From NCBI GenBank assembly GCA_907165135.1, contig OU015566.1:10664001-10728000 (forward strand): 64,000 nucleotides of DNA, written 5' to 3'. The DNA comes from Oikopleura dioica (Eukaryota > Animalia > Chordata). The notes beneath the pieces are model-generated. The model saw nothing but the letters and a program-made list of their open reading frames with translations. It did not search any database and was not told the DNA's origin. Below are positions 41,749-56,497 of this stretch, piece after piece. Position numbers and translations under genes: made by a program. The stretch's first letter is position 1, and each line of letters starts with the position of its first letter.

Positions 41749-42074
41749 CAGTCAGGTCTTGCAATTGCGCGAACTGCAATTGCGCGGTTTTTGGCGAAAA
41801 TCTCGAATTTTTTTGCATTTTCGTAAAGTGCTTCTTTTGATAGTAAAATGCCAAATAAGAACAGTTATTGAATATGCAACCAATTTTTTACTTTTCTAGA
41901 GACAAAGAAATAAAAATAACGTAAGATTTCAGCATGCATCTATATATTACGCAGAAAAGAGGCGAAAAAGATCAATAAATTTGTCCTATTTTCAAAAAAA
42001 TTGACGGCTTGCAATTACGTGGTTTTAGGCGAAAATCCCGAAAAATAAAACCGCGCAATTGCAGGACCTGACTG
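41749..42074. mobile_element. Tc1/mariner-type MITE (326 bp)
   Basis: TIR CAGTCAGGTC(T/C)TGCAATTGCGCG at both ends, flanked by TA (41747-48, 42075-76). Internal repeats of the GCAATTGCGCG/GGCGAAAATC motifs. Confidence 0.88.
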
Positions 42075-43649
42075 TATCTACGGATTTTATAATGCATTTT
42101 TGAAGTCCCGACTTTTATCGAAAAGGGACATTGATTTCAATCAGTAGACGAAAGACATCCTGGGTTAGGAATTTTTCTAAAAACCAACATTGAAACCTCT
42201 TCCAGGGGTTCACATTGCGGTATCTCGGTCGGTATATCACACATGCAGCACCTCTAATATCCGGAAAAGTGATGATGACCTTGAAGTCTGTCAGTGTGGT
42301 GGTGGAGCTGAATCGACGTTACTAATTGATCATCCTAAACAACTCCTCCCGCGGTCGCCAGCTTTTTAAACCAGCGCAGTCTGACGTCTTCGACATTTTT
42401 TATTGCAAATCAGAGAAACAAGAAAAAAGGGGGATGAGAATTAACGCGGTTTGGCAGATGATCGGAATATCGACTGTTATTGGCGAGAATAAACAGGAAC
42501 TAAGTAAACTTACAGGAAAGGGTTGATGATTTTTTAGTAATTTATTGTTTGCTTCTATAATTGAAACATTCGCTACCCTCGAAGATGCGAACTTCTTCTG
42601 CAAAAACTGGCTCGAAGAAGATTTATCTTGCAGGTAAGATTCGTTTTAATGCATATACCTAAACAATCATTGAAGACAGTCGAAAAAGAAACACTTCATC
42701 TACCGAGTATCAAAAATATTCAACGATCTAAGTTGGAGAGTCTCCACTGGTCGATGCGCGAACAGAAGATCCAAAAAGATCCGAAAGAGACGGGAAAGTA
42801 GTTCGGGTAAGGGAAAATATTTTATTAAAGATTACGATCCGATGCAAGCTGTCATTCGATCGGCAGTACTGGATCATGTGACGAGGATCAGACAGATGGC
42901 AAAGGCCAAGGCGACGGCCTATAAGACGGTTTCCAAGAGGAAAACCTGTATCATTTCAGGAATGGCTGGGAAAACTTATCTCTAAAAGAAGCGGCCGTAA
43001 TTGATGAGCTTCATTAATAAGAGTTTGATTTTAATTGACCCTAATGCGGATCCGGTCAATCCAAGTTTTCTAAACAACTTTCGATTTCATGCTACTTATT
43101 TTAGCATATTGGGAGAAGTCTCTAATTGTGGCATCTGAAAAATTCTTAGCCAAGGCATGCAATACATGGTTGGAAAGAGCAGAAAAAACTGAACAAAACT
43201 GCACTTTTAGATTTTTTTTGATAATGGAAAAAAATTATTCTAGAGACGATTTTCTCTAAATTTTCCCAAAATTGGAAAGCGATTTTCGCTAAAATTTTTC
43301 ATTAAGCTCTAAAAACTGACTTCAGAAATGAAATCAGCGTAGTCAAATCTACTGGATTGGAAGTTTTCAGCTGTTCATCTCAATGATAAGCTCTTATCGA
43401 AATCGCGGGAAAAGAAAGAAAAAACTCAAATTCGCCGGTAGGGCGGCGCTCGCGCGCTGCAGCGCCAGCGGAGGACACACAAGGGAAGCATCAAAAAACT
43501 TCTTTCTCTTCGAAGAGCTTGTTCTTTTCTAGTGGCCTTTTAAATTACTTTATGATAACTTTTATATAATATTTATATTCTTTAACTGATTTTTTCTTTA
43601 TGATATCTTTTATTAATAGATATTATTAATAGACTATTAACCCTAGCCG

Positions 43650-44226
43650 GATGAATGAAAATGGCATTCTCGGGACCAAATCATGACCCCCTTCTTTCTA
43701 GTGCTTATCTGAAAGCCCATGATCTTAGGAGTCGAATGGTATGTTACTTAGGGTTAAGTCATAAAAAATGACGTCATTTTGCTCGAAATAAGGCCCTTAT
43801 GGGGAAAACCTATGTAGTGCCATAACTTTTTATTGAACATATAAAAGTATATTGATCTTAGGCTCATTCGAAAGAGCAGCTCGAGATCTAGGTCGGGAGA
43901 GGAAAATCGCGGTCAACCACCCGGTCAACCACGTGGTCAAAATTTTGAAACCGGCCGGTTCAACGCGGTTTATGGCTCCCGACCTAGATCTCAAGTTCCT
44001 CTTACGAATGAGCCCAAAATCAATATACTTTTATATGTTCAATAAAAAGTTATGCCACTACATAGGTTTTCCCCATAAGGCCCTTATTTCGACCAAAATG
44101 ACGTCATTATCTATGACTCAGACCCTAAATAACATATCATTCGACTCCTCAGATCATCGGCTTTCAGATAAGCACTAGAAAGAAGGGGGTCATAATTTGG
44201 TCCCGAGAATGCTATTTTCATTCATC
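43650..44226. mobile_element. GATG...CATC foldback element nested in the 43111 element
   Basis: Inverted arms ~43650-43885 and ~43975-44226. AGCCG lies directly on both sides (43645-43649, 44227-44231). Confidence 0.85.
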
Positions 44227-44466
44227 AGCCGGTCAAAAATCATTTTCTTCGGGTACCGGCCAAGAGGCGCCAAATATGGCGCCGCACCGTTTTTTTTTAA
44301 TAAAAACAATCAATGCTTTTTCTTTAAAACTTTTAACAAATATATTAAAAATCAATTTTATCAATATAAGCATGGATTAAGGACCCCCCCGTCAGCTTTT
44401 TTTGAAAAATCAAATTTCGGAATTATAAAATTTTGACCCCGGAAATGGATTATACAGGTTGATCAG

Positions 44467-44577
44467 TTCGGGCCGTTTCAGCCCCGTTCCTTGATTTTTA
44501 AATTTAAGGGCTTGACGGCCCTTCGGGCCGTTTCAGCCCCGTTCCTTGATTTTTAAATTTAAGGGGCTTGACGGCCC
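44467..44577. repeat. Tandem duplication of a ~55-bp self-complementary unit
   Basis: TTCGGGCCGTTTCAGCCCC...GGGCTTGACGGCCC occurs twice in tandem; each unit can fold as a hairpin. Confidence 0.85.
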
Positions 44578-46024
44578 CAACCCCACCCACACCCATGGTT
44601 ATAAAAATTCATATTATATTTGCTTTTTTCTTTCTTATGGTTTTGATTAACCCGCCAATCTAGAAGTATTTATGCATAATTTTGCGCTTCTTAGCTGTTT
44701 TGAGGATAGGTTCAGCTCACCTCAACTCAGCTCAATTTTTCTGAAGAAGGCTAGCTCAGCTCAGCTTAAAAATTTTCAAATATGCCCCAGCTCAGCTCAA
44801 TTTTTTTGAGAAAGTCTTGCTTAGCTCAGCGCAAATCAGTTTCTTTTTTTAAAAGGATTTCCGCTATAGAAACGCTCCCATAAAAATCAGATTTCTAATT
44901 TTTATCCCCTTCATCAAGCCCTGGAAAAAGTGTCAATCAGATACATGTTCTTCCGGTGCGGGAATGCGAAAAGCGGGCATTAGCTTTGATTTTCGTGTTT
45001 TCGGATTCGTCGAAAATGTCGAAATCTTGAGCTCCGACTGTAAACGTTTTTTTCATAGGCAATATACAACAAATAAATGCATATCTTGATTTTTTTTGCA
45101 AAAGTTTCAAGTCTTCCAGGGGAAATATGTCTTCGATCGCGCGTGCTCCCGAGCGCCCTCTCCTCCGCCCGTAAGCGGCGATTTTCTTCCTTTCCCGCAA
45201 TTTCGATAAGAGCTTATCATTGAGATGAACAGCTGAAAACTTCCAATCCAGTAGATTTGACTACGCTGATTTCATTTCTGAAGTCAGTTTCTAGGGCTTA
45301 ATGAAAAATTTTAGCGAAAATCGCTTTCCAATTTTGGGAAAATTTAGAGAAAATCGTCTCTAGAATAATTTTTTCCATAATCAAAAAATCTAAAAGTGCA
45401 GTTTTGTTCAGTTTTTTCTGCTCTTTCCAACCATGTATTGCATGCCTTGGCTAAGAATTTTTCAGATGCCACAATTAGAGACTTCTCCCATTCCGTTAAT
45501 TAGAAAATTTACTCAACCAAAATTTAAGCCGCATCAGCGCTGGAAGATGAAACCGTTGCTTCCTGCTCCAGATTTCATCATCTGAGGAAATTTTCTTCGA
45601 TTTCAAAAGCTTGAATTACCAAGATCATTTTTCGAAAAAAAAATTAAGACGAAGAGTTGATGGACTTTTCAGAAGAGTCGATTTCCTGCGCCGCAGATGT
45701 GCTTAGACCGGACTTATATAGCGTCAATACTTCAATGCCTCCATTTTATATACAGATGAACTTTGTTAAATAATAGTATAAATAATAAACAGAAAACAAA
45801 AATAATGTGACAGGCGGATCGATCGAAGAGACTTACTATTGCCATTAGAGCGTGAGGCCAAAAAGCCGAAGCCAAGAGATAACAGCTCCCCTCATAATAT
45901 CGCAATAAAAGCGCCTCTCAATTTCGGTTATGCTCCGTAGACCAAGACGAGAGCACAAAAACAAATACGGCATCTTAGTAAAGTAAGAAAATAAACGATA
46001 TCGAAGAAGTAGAGGAGCGATAAA

Positions 46025-46276
46025 ATGGATATTTATGAAGGTAAATCACTTCCAAATAATACTCTCTACCTATTTTTAGAATATTCTTGGTTCCTCCCTG
46101 CTTTGGCTGCATTATGCGCAGCAAGTTTTGTCAGTTTTCTAATTTGCGCATTCTGGCGAGTCATTTCTAATAAAATCTTCTTCCGGAAAGCTCCGACGAT
46201 TCCAATCAAAGATCACAACTACGACATCGTCGAAAACCAAGTCAACATTCAGAAAACTTCTCCATTTATCACCTAA
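46025..46276 (+). CDS. Small single-pass membrane protein (83 aa)
   Basis: Clean ATG-TAA ORF with one long hydrophobic stretch (SWFLPALAALCAASFVSFLICAFW). No recognised homologue. Confidence 0.45.
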   Translation: MDIYEGKSLPNNTLYLFLEYSWFLPALAALCAASFVSFLICAFWRVISNKIFFRKAPTIPIKDHNYDIVENQVNIQKTSPFIT

Positions 46277-46503
46277 TAACTCTTTTTCGAGCTTTTTGTA
46301 CAGTTAAATACATTATTGAACATACTAACCCGTCTGAAATTAGCTTCTTGGAGATTTATAATGGCAGGTTAATTTCAAACATGACCAGAGATCTCTAGTG
46401 AACATGACAACAGTCGTTCTAGATAATATGAGGGCTATGCATTTTTGTTTACTGTCACATTCCTCGGTTTACGCTAGAAATTTATCGAGAAAAATCAAGG
46501 CAA

Positions 46504-47555
46504 ATGAAACCGACTCGAAGATCTGGACGGAAAGAATCTGATGACGAGCAAGAGTCTTTGTCATCAATAAGTCTGTTATTTCGGAGTAAGTTTGCGATAC
46601 TGAGAACGATTCTTAATTTCAATTAGAGCAATTGCATGAGGACGTTTTTTTGGAAGCTGCGAGAACCCAGCTAAAGCGTGAGAAAGCAAAGATGACTGTC
46701 AACATGGATGTTGAGGACGAGCAAGCAGAGTGGGTGAAGATATCAAATATTCCATCGAGCTCGGCGATTGATAACTTACTGTCAAGCTGTTTCAAGGAAC
46801 TCACGGAGAAAGTTGGCGAGGAAGAGTCAAAGAAAGTCATTTTTGATTTTCTCGTCAATCAAGAAACGTATCGTATCAACTCCATGAAGATGGCGAATTT
46901 TAAGCTTGATAATGTTCTCAAACGAGCGAACATCAAGTCAACTAAGAAAAAAGTTACCAAAAGAAGAGCCGAGTCTTCTGTTGGTGGTGACAATAACGTA
47001 GAAATTGCTCAACCGAATGAGCCTTCAACATCAAATCAGGCCAAGAAAAAAGTGAAGAACGTACAGAACACAATGATTCATTCTCTAAAATCCATCGGTA
47101 TCCTTTTCAAAAGTATGTTTTTTCGCTTGAATTCATAATATTATCTTAAAATTTAAGGCCGCGAACTGCAGAACGATTTTTATAAGCGTTCCTCTTCTTT
47201 CTTAAAGGAAAGAGCAGCGAATATCAAAATGGTCGCCGCCCCTCTTGACAAAAACAACCCATGTGACAACTTCTGTCACTTCATCAAAAGAAATGCTGGA
47301 TCATTCGACGAGCGTTCTCTGACGGACAAGGTGAGCTCCCTGATGATATCTTCGTTGATGACAACCGTCTTGGCTGATATGGTCACCAAGGATCCAGAAA
47401 GTTTCCTGGACACTGAGAAGGCAGCAGGAAACACATATGATGTCATGATCATTGGTGTGCGCGGATGTGGCATGAATTCTGCGAGTTATAGAAATCGAAT
47501 ATATGGAAAAAATCCCATTGATGGATTCAACCTCAACGATTACGTGCCAAAGTAA
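46504..47555 (+). CDS. Orphan protein (~300 aa, 3 exons)
   Basis: MKPTRRSGRKESDDEQ.. exon splices (gtaagt..aattag) in frame into ORF 46632-47138, then through a gtatg intron to ORF 47229-47555. Lys-rich NLS-like stretch. Confidence 0.55.
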
Positions 47556-48221
47556 AGCACTGATTCTTTCTGCAACTGCCTTTTTAATCACATTAAATAA
47601 CCTGCTTTCTCATATATTTGAAATACACTAATATTATCAACCTTTGGTTTGTTTCCTTACTTCAAAGATTCTCATAAATGAAATTTATGCAGTAACGCGG
47701 CGATTTTCCGCGGGGGATTCAGACACCGCGAGCAATAAACCGATTATAATCGGACTCGTTTTTTAACAATGAAACTTTCTTGCATACTTCCGGAGTTTGG
47801 CATGCACGCTGACCTGATTGTTTGAACTCGAACCTGCAAGAAAGACAATAGACAACTGGCCATTTCTTTTGCTAAGAAAAGACTGAAAAGTGAGTAAAAA
47901 TATATCTTTTATTTTGTGATCAAAATGGAATGTGAACGAGGGCAGTGAGGGGTACAACAAGTTAGTCAACAAGCATTTTGATCGGGCTATAAACTAATCT
48001 TGTACTGTTACTGAATTTTAAAAACGGGTGAAGTTAAACAGGAATCCTACAGTGTAAACATGGGGAGCGAATATTTGCAACGTGAACTACTAGTAAAAAA
48101 GGGGATGAGGGGAGAACGTACCTAAGGTGATTTACTTTGATAGTGTTACTTTGTGAAAAAAACTGGAATGTGAACTAATAATAATTATATAAAAATGGGA
48201 GGAATGGGGCGAAGTAAGAAG

Positions 48222-52051
<3,830 letters not shown>

Positions 52052-52115
52052 CTCGAATCAACCGATACTCACAAAAAGTCTAAAAAGAAATCTTGTTAAT
52101 ATCCAAAAAAAGTCT

Positions 52116-52904
52116 CTATTTTATCACGTCAATATTTTGAAATGAGTTATTGGCAACAGCATTTTGGTTGGACTCGAGACGCACGAGGCGCTGAAACGGT
52201 TGGACATCAGATTGTGCACCTGGAGCGGGTTGGTGCGAGTGCAAGGAGAGATCGCGCGAGATGTGCGCGTGGCAAGGGTAACAGAATTCTGCGGGACAGT
52301 CCAGGCAAACGTATTTTATATCTGATTTCATCTCTAATTCGCAGACGTTGCACGTGAAGAATGGCGACGAGTCTCCTAAATAGGAAAATACGAAGTTAAA
52401 TATTTGCTTTTGATACTCTAGAAAACTCGTCAAAGACAAGTCAGATCATTACTGATGATTTACGTATGATAACTTCATATGAAGATCTTTACTAGGAAAT
52501 AACGAGCGAAAGAGATTGTTTGATCGTGACTTTCAAATGTTTTTCTTTCAATCCTTACCTAGGGATAAAAGTCTTTCTTTCATCTGCTCAAGTGCTCTGA
52601 TCCGCTCTCTGATGTCATGTTCCCTCTCTGCGGCACTTGTCGCCCGTTTCTTGATAAATTCATCCGGTTTGCGGGCACTCTCGCGCAGTTTCAACTTTTT
52701 CCCGCGCTCCTGTGCGCCGGGGATCTTTCGTTTTCGACTTTTCAACTTTTTGAACATCTTTTGCGCCTTGCTAGCGACTTGAATGTCGGTTTTTGTGCCA
52801 AGATCGTTGGCGATCTTTCGCCAGCGATTCTGTGCGGGCACCTCGGCGGGATGCTTTTCTAACAATTCGAAGAACTTGGCGTTTTCGGCCTCAGTCCAGC
52901 TCAT
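52116..52904 (-). CDS. ZZZ3: Miniature ZZZ3-like protein (SANT/Myb + ZZ zinc finger)
   Basis: WTEAENAKFFELLEKHPAEVPAQNRWRKIANDLGTKTDIQVASKAQK resembles the ZZZ3 SANT domain. CNVC..YVCLDCPAEFCYPC..H..H is a ZZ finger. Confidence 0.8.
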
Positions 52905-53203
52905 CCCAGATTTGTTCTAAAATGAATGGCGATTAAAAACAAAGATATTCTTTTTGAGATTCTTTTACAGAGACCAGTAGACCGAATCTGATTGAGATTT
53001 GAAAATTCTAACACCGGGATAATCACAAAATCAGAGGCACAGAAAGTTATTGTGAGGAAAGATGATTTTAAGCCGTCTCATTTTGGGCAGACTACAAAAG
53101 ATGGTACAGGAGTTGGTATAGTGGTCGACGAGAACGATTTCCGTCGCGAGAGGATGTTCTAGTATACTCATAGCATAAGTAAATTGCGCCTCGAGAAGGA
53201 GAT

Positions 53204-53525
53204 CTAGCATTTGCCTTCGGCGATGCACTGGGCCAAGTCTGCTGGAATTGGCAACTTCGAGTGTTTCGACTCAAAATGCTGCTTGTATGTCTTTGGGTCG
53301 CCCATCTGGGTCTTGCACACCTTCAAAAATACGTAAGTAAGAGACGCCAAATAGAAAGATATACAAGTCATACGAGATATTTTATATAATTGGATTTACG
53401 GCGCAGAGGAATTTGAGAGCTTTCGCAGCAGCAGCCTTTTGGTCACTTCCTTTTTGCTTCTTGAGTTTGGCCTGTCTTTCGGCGTTCTTTTGCTGGGACT
53501 GGATCTTCTGCTGTCCTCGAGCCAT
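53204..53525 (-). CDS. ZNF706: Zinc finger protein 706 (2 exons)
   Basis: MARGQQKIQSQQKNAERQAKLKKQKGSDQKAAAAKALKFLCA|VCKTQMGDPKTYKQHFESKHSK. Confidence 0.95.
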
Positions 53526-53630
53526 TCTGAAGCAGAAAAGGATGAGATTTGTTTTTTTATAAAAAATATATATTATGCATATAAAAATTAAGAGCTTCAA
53601 AGAAAGAGACGTGGGAAACCAGAGGCGTAT

Positions 53631-54421
53631 TTAAGCTTTTCCACGAGTTATGTGATCGTAAAAGACGACTTCTTCATAAAACTTGGACTTAATTCTTAGC
53701 CGCGTTGTGTTATCGCCAGGAGATGAGCTTTTTGGATCCACGTTGATTTGTTTTCGATCGAGCTTTGATTTGAAGAGTAGTCCACCGACGTGTTCGGAGT
53801 CAACCTAAATAAGGAATAATTTTATACCGTTCGTTTGGATGTTTTCTTACGTCGTAGTATGGACTGGCGTTAATTTGACAATGCTGGGTGTCCCAGTTGA
53901 AGAAGCTGAGATCAGTATTTCGCGGAATCATACGCTTTTTGCCTGCAAAGATCTGCTGGAACTCGTCTGTCTACCAAAATATAGCTTTACTTTGGCGAAC
54001 TATCAGATCGACTCACCTTCAAGCGATGAGCATAGTCAATGTATCCGGAGATTTCTTGTCCCCTCGTATTCTTCGTTCTGATAAAAATGATCGATGTCAT
54101 TTTCAAATGTCTGTTTGCTTCTTCTCGATCTGCAAGAGCCTTGAGAAACGGATCGTTCAGTTCGTGCCCATAATGACACATACCGCCAGCATTGTTTCGT
54201 TTAGCTATACGAGCGAGCTCAGCCGCCGCCTTCTTCGCTTCAAAGTCACTTCTTTTCATGACTTCTCCTGCGGAGCCATAGCCCAGCTCGACCAATTGTC
54301 TGGCAACCTCTTCGTCCTCGAGGTAAAACATGTCTTTCTTGGTAACGAGGGAATCGAGGAAATCCTCGTAGGTCTCGTGCGCCATCACGATCTCTAAGTT
54401 TGAGATATCTTCCTCAGCCAT
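53631..54421 (-). CDS. CFAP299: Cilia- and flagella-associated protein 299 (C4orf22)
   Basis: YEDFLDS..YLEDEEVARQLVELGY..GQEISGYIDYAHRLK|..F.GKKR..PRNTDLSFFNW..NVDPK..PGDN..DHITR. Confidence 0.93.
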
Positions 54422-54535
54422 TTTTGTGTCTAAATCAAGAACAATCAAAAGACAGATAAATTTATAGGGCAGTTGACAGAAATTTGATCTAGATCAAGTT
54501 TGTACACAGGGGAAAGGTAAGAAAATTGGAAAAGG

Positions 54536-56342
54536 CTACCAATCTCCAAAATCAGAAAGATTGTTTGAGCTTTTCGGCGCTTTTTTCGAGGATGTCGCTC
54601 CACCAGCTGACGTATCCTCATTTACTCGTTTCAACTTGTTCCTGTTGATATATTTGCCTACGCCGGAAGAGTACGTTTTGAGAGTCTCTTTCGGAACTAC
54701 TTGTTTCTTGCCAGAAAGTGCTTCTTTTTCCGCATCATCCTAGGTTGATGTTAGGTTGTTTTAGAAACACAACTAAACCTTATCACGCGCAGCTTGGAGA
54801 AGTTTCTCTGCTTCTGGGAAAGGATCTTCAAAGACTTCTGTCGATAGAATTTTTATATCCTCAGCTGGGCGATCAGTTTTCTTATCCGTTTTTGCCAATT
54901 CCATTGTTCTCAAAGAATCATTTCCACCAACAAGTCGGCCGAAAACCGTATGCTAGAACCGATTTTTGATTGTCTTGATTCAAAAAGCCGCGGCGAACCA
55001 AGGTCAGAGCGCGAAAAATGCCTACCTTTCCATCCAGATGCGGACATTGTGCATAAGTAATGAAAAACTGGCTCCCGTTCGTGTTTGGACCCGAGTTTGC
55101 CATGGAAACAATACCCCTGAAAAGTGCGTCAGCGGATTATCGAATATTGAACAAACCTCTTGTTGTGCATAAGATGGCCGAGTTTAAACTCGTCTTCGAA
55201 CTTGCCTCCCCATATTGACTCTCCTCCGTCGCCAACACCTGTTGGGTCTCCACCCTTTATTTCAACATGAGATTTCAAAAATCAATACGAAAGTTACCTG
55301 AATGATGAAGCTTCTGATGTTCCGATGGAAAATCGTACCGTTGTAGTAGCCTTTTTGACAGAGCTTGATGAAGTTTTCAGCAGTTTTTGGCACGTGTTTA
55401 GCGTGAATCTCAATGTTTAGATCTCCTAGTGTCGTTTTGATTTGAACGTATGCATTTTTCTTGACAAACTGATATATGACGGCTCGATCGTCTTTTAGCG
55501 CCAGCTCCGTGTCTGTAATTGGCATCATGCAGGTACTAGTCAGTGACATGCCCATCTTGCCAGTGGTGAAGTGTGCAGCGCTGTATTTATCCAATCTTTT
55601 CGACTGATCATTATGCGTTTTTATTTCCTTCGAATCTCGGAGCAATCCAGCTCCTTTCCCTTCGAGGATCTTCGATTCGCGGAGCTCTTTCATGACATCT
55701 TTTGTTTCTTGGTTTGCTTTTCTGACGGTCTTCTTGTCGTCTGTCTCGTTGAGCTTGAGCCCATTTTTCAGATGATGGAAGCTCGTGATGTTAAACTTGT
55801 CTAAATAGACTGGATCTTGAACGGTCACAATGTCAGATCTTTTAAATGGCTTGTCGTTTATCAGATCTTTGAAGTTTTTCGGCTTGAAGCAAAGTTGTTC
55901 AATCGCCTCCATGGAATAGACATTTCCAGTGGCCATGTTTACGACGATGTGAGAGTTGTCGGAGAACTCACGAAAGAGGACAGGGCAGTGGTACTTTTTC
56001 TCCGCGTTTTTGAACCAAGTCATTTTGATCAAGTCGCCAGCCTTCATTTTCTTCCCTGTGACTGGATTGATTCCGTATTGCTTGAGCCAGGGAACAATGT
56101 TGAGCAGCTCGAAGCAGCGCCCTTCAGCGTCACACATTGGGTTATCAAAAGGTGCTAAATGATCCTGTTAACCAGTACTCATCCATAATATCACTACCTA
56201 ATGAGATGCAACAGGAATAGTACGGCAATCGCTTAAACTGCCTCGGATCATGCTTCTTTTTATAACCTCCGAATTCATGCTCCCACTCGGTGGACCGGAT
56301 GTATAGCTTGTCCTTCGAGTGCCGATGTTTTTTGAAACCCAT
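54536..56342 (-). CDS. PPIL2: U-box cyclophilin PPIL2 (CYP60)
   Basis: [20 protein letters not shown]; [18 protein letters not shown]; KYHCPVL; [12 protein letters not shown]; cyclophilin domain [27 protein letters not shown] and [17 protein letters not shown]. Confidence 0.95.
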
Positions 56343-56497
56343 ACTCTAGAAATACGCCAGTATTACCAAGAAAAGCCTTTCTGAGGAGTCAAAATGTATT
56401 TACAAAATTACTGTAGAAGGTTGGCAGTTGTGAATAAGTTGAACTAATTGAATTATGTGGAATAATTGAGAATCTACAGTAAAATGTTTCTTCAACT

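Larger units (their letters stand above)
43111..45489. mobile_element. 2.4-kb composite element with ~300-bp TIRs and 3-bp ATT duplication
   Basis: Arms 43111-~43410 and ~45185-45489 are near-identical inverted repeats starting GGGAGAAGTCTCTAATTGTGG. ATT at 43108-43110 and 45490-45492. No transposase ORF. Confidence 0.85.
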
